64,000 nucleotides of DNA. It comes from Eledone cirrhosa (lineage: Eukaryota). This document shows positions 26,909 to 39,969 of this stretch, in pieces. The notes under the pieces are model-generated. The model was not told the origin of the DNA. It searched no databases and saw nothing but the letters and a program-made list of their open reading frames with translations. Location: NCBI GenBank assembly GCA_964016885.1, contig OZ024744.1, forward strand, positions 97,030,001 to 97,094,000. The letters run 5' to 3'. Position 1 is the first letter of the stretch; the number at the start of each line of letters is the position of its first letter. The position numbers were made by a program, and so were the translations under genes.

Positions 26909-27618
26909 TATCCACCTTAAACCAGATAGTTTCCCTAACTTTTTCTTGCAATAACATTAATCATTATCTGTAGTATTCTTAAAAAATATCATGAGCTAAG
27001 GGAAATAATTAAATGGGCTAATGACATGGACTTAGGTAAATACAGGTAAGTAAGTGCTGATGTCCTGAATGACATATGCATAAATGTTCAATTAATTTGA
27101 TTTCCCATTTGAGATGGAAAAAGACAACAAATACCTAGTAGTAATTGTTAACAACCCGACCTCCTCATTAAAAAAAAAAACAAAAAAAAAACAGGGGAGA
27201 TAATTTCAAGAAACTAAGAATTAACCACTCAACATTAATTCATATGCTTTGTAAAAAAAAATTTGATCTTTGTTTACAGGCAAGGAATAACTATGTATAT
27301 CTTTTCATTTAATTCCCCTTTCCACACTTCACAATTCTCTCTTGGCTTCAATTCAATTCATTTTCTCTTTGCTTGTCGAATGAGGATTAGTTATGGAATC
27401 TTACTGGCGAACCTTTGCTAAACCCGACTTAAAACACTTGATTTTTTTTTTTAAAACTCCTCATGTCTCGTTTCCAATTCTGTCAACTTGTCCTAAACTC
27501 ACCTTCTCTCATATTATCCACTTCCTTTACTTCTCTTCTTTCTCTCAAACATTCACCAATTGATATATCTTCACACGCACACACCAAAACACCACCACCA
27601 CCACCACATACACACACC

Positions 27619-27659
<41 letters not shown>

Positions 27660-27748
27660 AGTATCAGCAGAAAATGCACAGATACATAAAATGAACACAC
27701 ATACAGACAGATACATGCCCGCACACATATACAGACATATATATTTAT

Positions 27749-27859
<111 letters not shown>

Positions 27860-28119
27860 TTTGTTTGTTTGTCTGTATATGTGCCTGTGTGAATGTGTGT
27901 ATTTGTGATTGGGTGTGAAAAATTCTATTCTTTTGGGAGCCTTGCAAACTTTCAATCATCAATCGACTGAATTGTGAGCCCTGTCAGTAGAAATGTGAAT
28001 ATGACATTTAGAGAGTTAGCAAAGATGTCTCGTGTAGGAGAATACTTGCTCATACAAATTGTACACGACCAAGACACGGGCTGATGAATGGCTGTAGGGT
28101 TATTAACTGAGCTTCACAT

Positions 28120-28370
28120 TTTAACATTGATACCAGGATATAACACAAAGGCTTTCTACAAATGCTGATACTGACGACGAGAGTACTCGTAAACAATGTG
28201 GACTTTAACATTGATACCAGGGTATAACACAAAGGCTTTCTACAGATTCTCGTACTGACGACGAGAGTACTCGTAAACAGTGTGGACTTTAACATTGATA
28301 CCAGGATATAACACAATGACTTTCTACAGATTCTGTTACAGACGACGAGAGTACTGGTAAACAATGTGAG
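28120..28370. repeat. 84-bp tandem repeat, 3 copies
   Basis: ttaacattgataccagg at 28121, 28205 and 28289. Confidence 0.9.
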
Positions 28371-28458
28371 CTTAATCAGATTCCACACTGCTCCTAATTG
28401 TGTACACTTATTGGGATTGAAAGTGGGTGAAGCTTTTGATGTTGCAACAATATTTGCA

Positions 28459-28612
28459 GAGGCGGTGAATTGGCAGAGTCGTTAGAATGTCGGATAGAAT
28501 GCTTTGCAGTGTTTGATCTGCGTTCTGAGTTCGAAACCGGCTGAGGTCAATTTTCTTTTTTATCTTTTCCTGGTCGAAAAAGAAAATGTAGTACCAGTAC
28601 AATAATGGGGTA
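28459..28612 (+). mobile_element. tRNA-derived SINE (Deu/Nin-like), diverged
   Basis: A-box tggcagagtcgttag, B-box gagttcgaaacc, then the family core. Confidence 0.75.
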
Positions 28613-29125
28613 CGATTCTTTCACTATATATCTTTCTCACTTCCTCATACCCTCTTTTTTGTCTCTCTACTCTTTCTTTCTTCCTCTCCCTCTTTTTCCT
28701 TCTCTCTCACGTACTCCCTCTCATTCTCTCTCTCTCTCCTCCCTCTCCTTCTCTCTCTCCTTTACTCTCTAGTTCTCTCTATAGTTCTCTCTTCCCCGCT
28801 CTATCCTCTCTCCTCTCTCTCTCTTCTCTCTTCTATCTTCTCTCTTCTCTCTTCTCTCTTCTCTCTTCTCTCTTCTCTCTTCTCTCTTCTCTCTTCTCTC
28901 TTCTCTCTTCTCTCTTCTCTCTCTCTCCTTCCCTCCTTTTCGCTCTCTTTCTCTCTCTCCTTCTAACTCTACCCATCTCCCCCTTCTGTTCTCATTCTCC
29001 CTCCTTTACCGGAATAAATCAGTTGTGTCAAACCTGGATGTGGGGTGGGCTCCACTAGGTTTTAACTTGTCCAGAACACACTATATGTCCCAACAATGCC
29101 CTACCACCTTGTCAGGAGTTACAGA

Positions 29126-29180
<55 letters not shown>

Positions 29181-29361
29181 GACAGAGAAGAGAATAAAAA
29201 AATTAGTTTTTTGGGTGATATTTTAATAGTTTTCTTGTTAGTGCTGTGTCTGTTCTTAATGCAATGTAACTGAAATTTGCTTCAGTAACAATCTGCTTTC
29301 CTCTTAATAAGTTTAGCATCTAACACAGTGTGATTCATAATAAAGATGTATATGATGGCAT

Positions 29362-29530
29362 AAGGTAGCGAATTGGCAGAGTCGTTAGAACGACGGATAG
29401 AATGCTTTGCAGTATTCGTTTCGAGTTTCAGCTCTCTCGGTTCAAATCCCGCCGAGTTCAACTTTGCCTTTCATCTATTCGAGGTCGATAAGATAAAAAC
29501 TATCAATCTAGTATTGAAGTCGATTCTTCC
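29362..29530 (+). mobile_element. tRNA-derived SINE (Deu/Nin-like), diverged
   Basis: tggcagagtcgttag...ggttcaaatcc...actttgcctttcatc. Confidence 0.75.
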
Positions 29531-29973
29531 TCTATATCTTTTTCTCATTTCCATTCTCTCAATGTCTCTGGGAGAAATCTGCTGTATTCAGACCTTTAGG
29601 AGATGGGCTCCGCCAGGTTTTAAAAAGTGAGTAAAAAAACGCCGTGTGTCAATATAGTGACCCCCACAACCCCCTCACGAGTTACGGGACCATACATATA
29701 TATGAAGGTATATACTATATGTTTATGAATAATAAACATATATAATTCTCGCTACAAATATTTAAAGTTGTGATCATGTCCTAACTTTCTCAGTAACCAT
29801 GAGAAAACACTAGACACTAGGGTTTCAGGATTTTTTTTACTCACACGGTACCAAAACAAGCTATAGTTTATATGCTTTTTGTGTATAAACATTTAACGGA
29901 TACATTCTTTTGTATAAAATATGAGCTTGGCTGACTAAGATTAATTTTGATTTGTTGCTTATGTTGTCTATAT

Positions 29974-31228
29974 CAGGCATGTCAAACATGCAGCTCGCGG
30001 GCCGCATGTAGACCGTTACAAGCCCCCCTGTGGCCCGCCCAAAGGTTTTTACAGTACAAGGGTAATATAAAATAAAAAATATGAATTGTAATGTGTGAAA
30101 TTAGTTGTCATGTGTGGCCCTTAGACAACACATATGTGACCCATGTGGCCATCAGACAACACATATGTGACCCATGTGGCCATCAGACAACACATGTGTG
30201 AGCCATGTGTCCATCAGACAACACATATGTGACCCATGTGGCTCTCAGACAACACATATGTGACTCATGTGGCCCTCAGACAACACATATGTGACCCATG
30301 TGGCCCTCAGACAACACATATGTGACTCATGTGGCCCTCAGACAACACATATGTGACCCATGTGGCCCTCAGACAACACATATGTGACTTATGTGGCCCT
30401 CAGGCAACACATATGTGATCCATGTGGCCCTCAGACAACACATATGTGATCCATGTGGCCCTCAGACAACACATATGTGACCCATGTGGCCCTCAGACAA
30501 CACATATGTGACTCATGTGGCCCTCAGACAACACATATGTGACTCATGTGGCCCTCAGATAACACATATGTGATCCATGTGGCCCCCAGACAATACATAT
30601 GTGACCCATGTGGCCCTCAGACAACACATATGTGACCCATGTGGTCCTCAGACAACACATATGTGACTCATGTGGCCCCCAGACAACACATACGTGACTC
30701 ATGTGGCCCTCAGACAACACATATGTGACTCATGTGGCCCTCAGACAACACATATGTGACCCATGTGGCCCTCAGACAACAAATATGTGGCCCTCAGACA
30801 ACACATATGTGACTCATGTGGCCCTCAGACAACACATATGTGACTCATGTGGCCCTCAGACAACACATATGTGACCCATGTGGCCCTCAGACAACACATA
30901 TGTGGCCCTCAGACAACACATATGTGACTCATGTGGCCCTCAGACAACACATATGTGACCCATGTGGCCCTCAGACAACACATATGTGGCCCTCAGACAA
31001 CACATATGTGACTCATGTGGCCCTCAGACAACACATATGTGATCCATGTGGCCCTCAGACAACACATATGTGACCTATGTGGCCCTCAGACAACACATAT
31101 GTGGCCCTCAGACAACACATATGTGACTCATGTGGCCCTCAGACAACACATATGTGACTCATGTGGCTCTCAGACACCACATATGTGACTCATGTGGCCC
31201 TCGAGGGACCCTCAGTTTGACATGTCTG
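29974..31228. mobile_element. Non-autonomous hAT (Charlie-like) element containing a minisatellite
   Basis: TIRs caggcatgtcaaac / gtttgacatgtctg; perfect 8-bp TSD gtctatat at 29966-29973 and 31229-31236. Confidence 0.9.
30110..31200. repeat. 31-bp minisatellite (~36 copies, with 22-bp short variants)
   Basis: Unit atgtggccctcagacaacacatatgtgac(c/t)c. Confidence 0.95.
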
Positions 31229-31394
31229 GTCTATATTCCTCCGTTGATTATTCGGACTCCGCTATTATGAGTTGTTTTTACTCAAACGAACGTGTGTTTA
31301 GAAACGATGAGTGGGATTTGAAATTTATGAGATGTTTAGAAGCTTCAGCGAATATTGTTATTAAAGTAAAATAGTCTAAATATTTTAGTAATGT

Positions 31395-31620
31395 CATCAG
31401 GGCCCCCAAAATTTGACTACCAACATCCTCGAGAGACAAATACAAGAGAAAAGAGCCAGGAGACAGCAGAAAAGGAGATAGACAAATGATATTAAGGAAT
31501 GGACAGGAAGGAGTTTGGAGGAATGTACGTCAATGGCAAGAGATAGGGAAATATTGAGAGTGATGGTCCATAAGTCAATGACCACCGACCTTCAGATATG
31601 AGGATGGGATGAGGATAAGG
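31395..31620 (+). pseudogene. RTE LINE 3'-end fragment
   Basis: Translates ...DIKEWTGRSLEECTSMARDRE..., typical of an RTE C-terminus. Confidence 0.55.
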
Positions 31621-31734
31621 CTAAGTCTAAATAGTAGGGCATATATACGCATGTGGTAATGTACTTTTGTTTTCGTTAAGAGGACTTACATACCCTATTA
31701 TTTAGATTATGTTTAATGGATAGGCAAAAGGTAA

Positions 31735-32050
31735 AGACTTCCTTTGGTCATGAATGAGCTTGGGATTTGCACCTAGAAATTTCCCCTCCGAGGTTGTTTG
31801 TGGAAGACCATCAGTCGCCTAGACATACCAGTCTCCCCTCTCCATGCCACCGATGTTATCCAAGAGAAAGACAATGGTCAATACAGCTTGACACCAGTGA
31901 TGTCGCAACTCCTTTCTACAGCTGAGTGAACTGGAACAACGTGAAATAAAGTGTCTTGCTCGAGGACCCAACGCATCACCCGGTCCGAGAATTGAACTGA
32001 CAACCTTTCGATTGCAAACCCAATGCCCTAATCACTAAGCCATGCGCATT
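31735..32050 (-). mobile_element. CORE-type tRNA-derived SINE
   Basis: Minus strand: tggcttagtgattagg...ggttgtcagttcaatt...cctcgagcaagacactttatttcacgttgttccagttcactcagctg. Confidence 0.75.
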
Positions 32051-32149
32051 CAAATGGATAGATAACCCAGTAATTATGAAAGCTGCATTAGGTTTTAAAT
32101 CCATCGGAAATTACAAAATACTTCAGCAATGGAGGTATAGTCACTGCCT

Positions 32150-32402
32150 CCGTCTCTCTCGTTCTCCTCATCTCTCACGATTATATGCATATGGGGGAGG
32201 GGGGAACCATGCACTGGCCGCCTCGCGGCTCCGGCCGACAGAGTAAAGAATGCGTTTCCCCGGTGGATGGTGAGGGAGATGCGTTGGAAGAGCCATTCTA
32301 GCTCGCGAGGCTCACACCTGTGGGTAACCAACTCCTCCGTGGCGATGATGGTGAGTAGGGAGGTGGTCATAAGGCCAAGGACCACCACAGAAGTCTCCAC
32401 TC
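32150..32402 (-). pseudogene. CRE-like non-LTR element 3' fragment (restriction-like endonuclease tail)
   Basis: VETS.VLG...RELEWLFQRISLTIHRGNA. Confidence 0.7.
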
Positions 32403-32419
32403 GTTGTGGAGTCGTTCTG

Positions 32420-32835
32420 CTGGTACTTTATTAAGGATGAAAGGTAAAATTAACCTCGGCGGGATTTGAACTTAGACCATAAAGGGCCGTAACTCTATGC
32501 TGCAAAGCATGGCGTCCGACCCTCTACCGATACTGGCAATCCATCACCCTTATCTTGTTAGATATAATACGAGAGTCGGCTAAAAAGTTAATAGACTGAC
32601 TATGAAATCTTGCATGCATTGGTGGATTGGCAGTATCGGTAGAGGGTTGGACGCCATGCTTTGTAGCATAGAGTTACGGCCCTTTATGATCTGAGTTCAA
32701 ATCACGCCAAGGTTAACTTTGCCTTTCGTCCTTACGGGGTGGATAAAATAAAGTACCAGTAATACACTGGTTCGATTTATTCAACTTTCCCTTCTCCCCA
32801 AATTACTGGCCTTGTGCCTATAGTAGAAAGCATTA
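32420..32835. mobile_element. Two divergently oriented Deu/Nin-like SINEs (32420-32550 minus, 32620-32835 plus)
   Basis: Match to the family consensus on opposite strands. Confidence 0.85.
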
Positions 32836-33319
32836 ATTAATTTCAACTCTTCTTATTAATAATTGCATTATTTCCTTCTAGGGACTATGTTGAAATATAA
32901 ACCCCATTTGGTCATTCCATGAGAGTATCTTGGTGAGCATATGAAGGAGTGATGCTAGAGCTGTGAAATCTTACATACATTAATTTAAACTCTTCTTATT
33001 AATAACTACATTGTTTATTTCCAGGTACTATGTTGAAAAATAAACCCCCATTTGGTCATTCGATGAGAGTATCTTGGTCAGCTCAAGAACTTTTCACCCT
33101 ATGAACTATTCTGCCGATCCTCGTAGTTAATTGCTGGAAGGAAGTAAAATAGACGATGTGGTAAGTACTACATTAATTGTGGGACTATGTTTCAATGTGA
33201 TTGATACGGTTAGAGTATACGTATATCTTGGAATGTGGAATAAGGATGTGATTCCTTCACTTTAGGGATTTATTTGTCAATAAAATGACCAAGAAAATAG
33301 TAACCTAAGTAAACATGAA

Positions 33320-33790
33320 AGAACAGCCGAACTCCCACTGTCATCGCCTCCATCTCTCTGGCGCTCCCCATCTCTCCATATGGTGAGCAAATGGGGTCCC
33401 TCGTCCCGGCAGACAGAATGGAGAAGGCGTTTCCCATGAAAATGGTAACGGAGACCAAAGTTGCCTTGGTGTAGGTGGTGCCAGATGTACAATAAAATGT
33501 GTGGAGGAGGTGAGACAGGAGTTTCTGACAGTAATATGTACCGTATAACCTACGACCTGATAAATTTGTAAATAGACTCATTAACTGCTTAATGAACACA
33601 ACCACAAGGATATGGTCCGAACGTGGAAGAGACGAACTCCCACTGTCATCGCCTCCATCTCTCTGACCCCCCCCCCCCCCCAGCTCTCCGTATGGTGAGC
33701 AAATGGGGCCCCACGTGCTGGCATCCCCACAGCCCCGGCGGACAAAATGGAGAAGGCGTTTCCCCGGAGGATGGTAAGGGAGAAGCTTGT
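33320..33790 (-). mobile_element. Two CRE-like 3'-end fragments
   Basis: GNAFSILS peptide and 3' UTR aactcccactgtcatcgcctccatc shared with 46180-46205. Confidence 0.6.
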
Positions 33791-33905
33791 GATGTCCTTC
33801 TAACATATGATGATGTGCGTATGTTTTGTTGAGGAGACATTTTCTTTTTTCTTTTTTTTTTTTGTATAACTTTAAATGACTGAATAAAAGATCGGCATTT
33901 CATTT

Positions 33906-33956
<51 letters not shown>

Positions 33957-34338
33957 TTTTGTCGTGCTCTACAGGTTGGGCTAGAATTCATGACTCACTT
34001 GATTATTTATAGATCTATTAACGCAAAATGTTATAAAACAAGTTAAGGAATATAATACGTTATACAGGCATATTAAGAAATGAAAAATATAAATTAAGAA
34101 ACCTGCTAAGCATATTAAGAAATAAAATAATAAATTAAAACAATACAGTAACAATAAAATAAGCATGTTATGGAATATGACTAACAAGCGAGTCATGAAT
34201 TCTGGCCCACTCTGTATTTTGGAAATAGGAAATTTAGATATGTCGTTGTATAAAACAGAGTGGTGACATCGAGGGCAGTTTAAGCCTAGCGGTTTGGTTT
34301 GTGATTTTCATGAGATTTTCAGTATTTTGTGTATAGAG

Positions 34339-34520
34339 CAGGCATGGGCAAATTTTTTCGAGCAGTGGGCCGCATAGGAGGTGGCTCATCATATAGCGGA
34401 CAGCACCACTAAAAAATTCAAGGCTATTTTGGCATTAAGCGGGCCATTCAGAAAGCCAAACGGGCTGCATGCGGTTCGCGGGCTGCATGCGGTTCGCGGG
34501 CCGCAGTTTTCCCATGACTG
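34339..34520. mobile_element. Short hAT MITE
   Basis: TIRs caggcatgggcaaa / ttttcccatgactg; imperfect 8-bp TSD gtatagag/atatagaa; internal gcgggccgca motifs. Confidence 0.7.
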
Positions 34521-34651
34521 ATATAGAAGAATACATTTGTTGTTATTTATCCACTAGATCTTTTTCAATTCTATCTTTTCTAGCCTTGATCACTTCGTTT
34601 TTATTTCTGTGTGTATGTGTGGCTGTCTGTCTGTGTCTGTCTGTGTGTGTG

Positions 34652-34730
<79 letters not shown>

Positions 34731-35679
34731 TAAGCATATCTAGGACTACATTATCCAACGGGTTGTTTGTTTCATTGACGGGGATTTGTCTGCTCTTACT
34801 AGCAGGCTGAACAACCGCCAAGCAACTCATAACTCATTCAATGATTTGTGGAAAATTTGGTGCGTGTAGGAAGTTTGTTGTTGATGCTATCATACATACA
34901 TACATACATACATACATACATACATACATACATACATACATACATACATACATACATGGTGGCTGCCAACTCGTTTTCGAGTACGGCCACTACTTTATAT
35001 CCATGTAGGAGAACCCCTACCGATGCGCTGAACGAGTGTGACTTTTTAGTCCCAACGACTTGAAAACTCTGGTACAAACACTACACTTGTGACAATTATT
35101 GACACAGTGCTGGGCCCATGGTACCATGTGACGACAAGTGCAGAGAGATCTCCAGATATAAAGCAATGCCTGTACCGTGAAGCTTTTATAGTGAGCAAAG
35201 GCAATGCACAAAGCCAGTCCCACTCTCTTAACCAAGATGATATTTACCAAAAAGAAGAACAAGACAACATCATTGGATACCATCAGGGTTGCAGGTGTTA
35301 TATCAGAGTTTTCCTTCTCCTAGAATTCTGCCTTGACAAAGGCTAAGGGGTCATCTCTCCCGGTGATTTTGGATGGCCATTGACTCTTAAGAGCTCCTTT
35401 GCCCTTTGACAGGTTTTGTTTTTAGTCCTGCAGGACGTCCAAAGTCACCCTCCTCACCAAGAAACCTTGGTGGGGTTGCCAGTTTAGTTGCAACGACCCG
35501 ACCATGAGACAGGTTGTACTGGGATACATGTTACCAGTAGCACCAACTGGTGACCGACATACATACATACATACATACATACATACATACATACATACAT
35601 ACATACATACATACATACATACATACATACATACATACATACATGATGGCTGCCTCCTCGTTATCGAGTATAGCCATTG

Positions 35680-35850
35680 CGCGGTGAATTGGCAGTATCG
35701 GTAGAGGGTCGGACGTTAAGTCCCTTTACGGTCTGAGTTCAAATCCCGTCGAGGTTAACTTTGTCTTTCATCCTTACGGGGTCGATAAAATAAAGTACTA
35801 GTAATGCACTTGGTAATTGCTGGCCTTGTGCCAAAAGTAGAAACAATTAT
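35680..35850 (+). mobile_element. Deu/Nin-like SINE
   Basis: Family consensus with (ATT)n tail. Confidence 0.85.
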
Positions 35851-36094
35851 TAATAATTAATAATTAATTCTATCGTGCAATGCCTGTGCGTGAAGATATT
35901 TTTTCAAGTGAGGAAAGACTGTGCACTGAGCCAATCCCACTCTCTGAGCGACAGTAGCTATAACCCGAAAAGAAGAAAAGATCAACATCATCGGTAACTA
36001 CTGAGCCGCAGGTTTTATGTCGGAGTTATCCCAGTTTCCTGAGTTGCCTTCTCCTAGAAGAATGCCCTGACAAAGGCTAGGGGTCCTTCACTCC

Positions 36095-37705
36095 CGATCG
36101 GTCCGTCAAGGGTGCCCTCTCTCCTCCCTTCTGTACGTATTGTCTCTCGAGCGTTTACTGCGGAAGCTGGAGCTTTTGCGAAGCGGAGCATCTCGCTCGA
36201 ACCGGGACGCGGAAAGACTGTGTCGGCTTATGCGGACGACATCACCGTGATGGTGTCGGATACCTCAGAAATCGAGGTGGTCGACAACTTATTGGAGGAA
36301 TATGAAAGGTTGATGGGAGCGAAACTTAACCCGGAAAAGTCGGCTGGCTTGCAACTCGGCCCCTGGAAAGGCAAGTCCATGCCATCCAACAGCGTTGTTA
36401 GGCGCTGGACGAACGGACCGGTAAAGTTACTTGGGATTTGGTTCGGGCCAGACCTCCAGGTGAATAAGAATTGGAACGGCTCTCTTCAAATTCTTGGGGA
36501 GGGGACAGGTTCCATTGGTGAGGCGGTCCATCTGCTGCCAGCACCCTCTACGTGGAGGGCTGGGCATGCTGTGGCTAATGATATCAAAACATGGACTGAG
36601 GTTGCGGCATCTCCAGATAGTCTGCCTAAAAAGTGAACAGCCGTTTGTCAGACGGACCTTTCAGCAGCTCGTCTCGCTGACTGAGCTGCAGTCCTGGGTC
36701 AAGAAGCGACCGAGACTGGGTGACTGGCATCTGGAATGTTGCCAGGCACTCACTGCCCTCTACCAGGTGGGCAATGCGGTCAGTGGAACTTCCACTCTCG
36801 AGTTCTATAGAGGATTAGTGGTGGGCAAGTGCGACGACGTACTCAGAGAGGTTCTGGGCGTCGACGAAGTCGAAATAACCAGTCTGTTCCGGAGGACTTT
36901 CGAGCCGGGGACGATGGATAATTTCCCCAAATCCCTCGCTTGGCAGTGCTACCGGGCGGATATTGCCAGTTCGAGATAAACTCTACAGGCACGGAAATGC
37001 TGTCAGACGGACCTGCCCAGGATGCGCGCAAATCGACGAAACCGTGCATTACTGACTTGTAGAGTTATGTCGAACAGCTATTGTCGTGTGTAGAACGGAT
37101 CCGGCTATCCTGGGACCAAGAAGTCTCCTCTGCCAAGGGCACGACCGCAAACCTGTCGGAGAGCGACCGAGTCCATAGTGAAGATCGACCCGCCGCCTTC
37201 TTTTGGCCAGGAAGGGCAGGTAATGTTCCTCTATCTTGTGGCAGCAGCGAAAGAGGTTGTATGGTGGACGAGGTTGAAAGGACTGAAGAGACACTTTTCT
37301 CTTCGGCCTTTTCAAGTTTCACTTGGAAAGGAAGGTCAGGTGAAAAGAGAAATGCCCCCACCCCTCCCGCCCCTCCTCAGTACATTTTCTGAATGGTGGG
37401 TGAATGTGGCGAGAATGGCCCATGTGAGTGGGTCTACTCTGATCATGCATCTGTAGGTGAGTGAATTTGAGGACGAGAGGGGTGCATTTCCCGGGTGCTC
37501 TCGAAGCGTCCAGTGGTTCAGGATTGATGGGGTACCTGAGTGAACCCTGGGTGGTTACCCCCTCCCCCTATTGGGGAATTTTACTTGTATTTTTATTGTG
37601 ATTTTGTTATTGTTATTTATGTTTACACGTTGTATATGCAAAGCCCCACTCTCCCTGTCTTTTGTATTGTTGCCTATATGTCGGCCCTTGTGACCAATAA
37701 ATGAT
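36095..37705 (+). mobile_element. 5'-truncated Tx1/L1-clade LINE (RT C-terminal half, zinc-finger region, 3' UTR)
   Basis: SVRQGCPLSP, AYADDITV, GAKLNPEKS, LLGIWFG, GGLGML, CPGC..IDET; aataaa near 37696. Confidence 0.8.
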
Positions 37706-37772
37706 ACTATTATTATTGTTGTTGTTGTTGTTATTGTTATTGTTGTTGTTATTATTACTATTATGTCTGTTA

Positions 37773-38370
37773 AGGGCGGTGGATTGGCAGTATTGGTAGA
37801 GAATCGGACACCATGCTTAGCTGCATAGAGTTACGGCCCTTTATGGTCTGAGTTCAAATCCGGCCGAGGTTAACTTAGCCTTTCATTCTTACGGGGTCGA
37901 AAAATAAAGTACCAGTCACACACTGGAAACGATTTAATCGACTTCCCCCTCCCCCAAAATTGCTGGCCTTGTGCCTAAAGTAGAAACCATTATTACTATT
38001 ATGTCTCAATTATGCAGCAAAGAGTTACGGCCCTTTATGGTCTGAGTTCAAATCCCCGCCGAGGTTAACTTTGCCTTTCATCCTTACAGGGTCGATAAAA
38101 TAAAGTACCAGTAATGTACTGGGGGAATTGCTAGCCTTGTGCCAAAAGTAGAAACAATTATTATTATTATGTCTCAAGAGGGCGGTGGATTGGCAGTATC
38201 GGTAGAGGGTCGGACGCCATGCTTTCCAGCATAGTTACGTCCCTTTACGATCTGAGTTCAAATCCCGCCGAGGTTGACTTTGCCTTTCATCCTTACGGGG
38301 TCGATAAAATAAAGTACCAGTAATGCACTGGGTAATTGCTGGCCTTGTGCCTAAATTAGAAACAATTATT
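37773..38370 (+). mobile_element. Three tandem Deu/Nin-like SINEs
   Basis: Copies at ~37773-37995, 38015-38168 and 38180-38370, each with A/B-box or core and an (ATT)n tail. Confidence 0.9.
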
Positions 38371-38924
38371 ATGTCTCAATCATCTTTTAAAGTTTTCTGG
38401 ACATAAGTCGGCTGATGACGTCTGCAAAACCTTGTGTTAAAATCCTAATCTTCCATCAGGATTAGTAATATCAGTTGCATAAACGTGAAGAAATTTACCT
38501 ATGATAACTCTTATCTTAATATACTCCTTCTTTTAAATCACTGGTGGAATGGATTACATAAGGATTGTTTTGTGAGAAACAAATAGTTAAGTGGTTTGCT
38601 AACAAGCTTAATATGGTGGACCAAAACATTTTCAATTGTCTAAACGCAAAACTGTAGTGAGAAGGTAAAAAAAAAACAGCTAATTAAAACAAACAAAAAG
38701 AGTAGCCTAAGGATTAATTCTGGTAAAAAAAAAAAAAATGCAGGTGAAACAACATCGAAATTTAATCTAAATTAAATCAATCTATCTATATATAAATTTG
38801 AGTGACTTCCATCCGTCCGTAACACAATGTGTGTGTGTGTGTTTGTATGAATGTATGTGTGTGTAAAAGGAAGGAAGATGATGGTGAAAACTATAAAAAA
38901 AACTATAGCAAAACAGCAGCTACG

Positions 38925-38996
<72 letters not shown>

Positions 38997-39107
38997 ATGT
39001 GTATGTGTGTGTTTGAGTAAATGTAGTGTGTCTGTTTATGTGAATGTAAGTGTGTCCGTGTTTACGCGTTTATATTTATACACTCATACATATAAATGTA
39101 TGCATAT

Positions 39108-39147
<40 letters not shown>

Positions 39148-39200
39148 GCGCGCACACGCACTCACATATACACATACGCGTCAGTATGTTGAAAAAAAAT

Positions 39201-39409
39201 TCTAGTATTATAAAAGTCAACCTAATCTCCGTCCGTCTGTCTGTCCGTCCGTCACGACATATATGGAGAAGAAAAAGGTGTTCAGAGAGAAATACAGTAA
39301 GAGAGAAAGAGGAAGTGTGTGTGTGTGCGTGTGCGTGTGTGTGTGTGTATGTGCGTGTGTGTATATATGTGTGTGTGCGTATATATATATGTGTGCGTGT
39401 GTGTGTGTG

Positions 39410-39444
<35 letters not shown>

Positions 39445-39625
39445 GTGTGTGTGTGTATATATGTGTGTGTGTGCGTGTGTATGCGTGTGTGTATATATAT
39501 ATGTGTGTGTGTGCGTATATATATATATGTGTGTGTGTGTGTATATATATGTATGTGTGTGCGTATATATATATACATATATGTGTGTGTGTGTATGTGT
39601 GTGTATATATATGTGTGTGCGTGCG

Positions 39626-39656
<31 letters not shown>

Positions 39657-39817
39657 ATGTGTGTGTGTGTGTATATATGTGTGCGTATATGTATATACAT
39701 GTGTGTGTGCGTGTGTGTGTGTATGTATGTGTGTATATATATGTGTGTGTGTGCGTATATATATATATATGTGTGCGTGCGTGTATGTGTGTGTGTATAT
39801 ATATGTGTGTGTGTACG

Positions 39818-39854
<37 letters not shown>

Positions 39855-39873
39855 AACGGTGGGTTATTACTAG
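39201..39873 (+). mobile_element. Non-autonomous Helitron-like element filled with microsatellite
   Basis: 5' TCtagtattataaaa + (gtcc/gtct)n; 3' ...ggtgggttattaCTAGt. Confidence 0.5.
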
Positions 39874-39969
39874 TTAAAATTCAATGTGAGCATGCAGTAG
39901 TGAGTATGGTAAGCACAACGGCAACCCGAGATTTTTTTTTTGAACTTTTTAGATTTCCTTTATTAAGCA

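Noticed and set aside
28120-28370. HHR-like motif in the 84-bp repeat (CTGACGA cgag agta ctcg TAAAC aat GTG)
   Set aside because: Catalytic G12 replaced by T, NUG triplet and no stem I pairing; at best an ancient relic
30110-31200. CRISPR array or repeat protein (ORF 30816-31073)
   Set aside because: 31-bp minisatellite without spacers, not frame-preserving, inside hAT TIRs
37773-38370. tRNA genes
   Set aside because: A/B boxes belong to SINE heads; no complete cloverleaf
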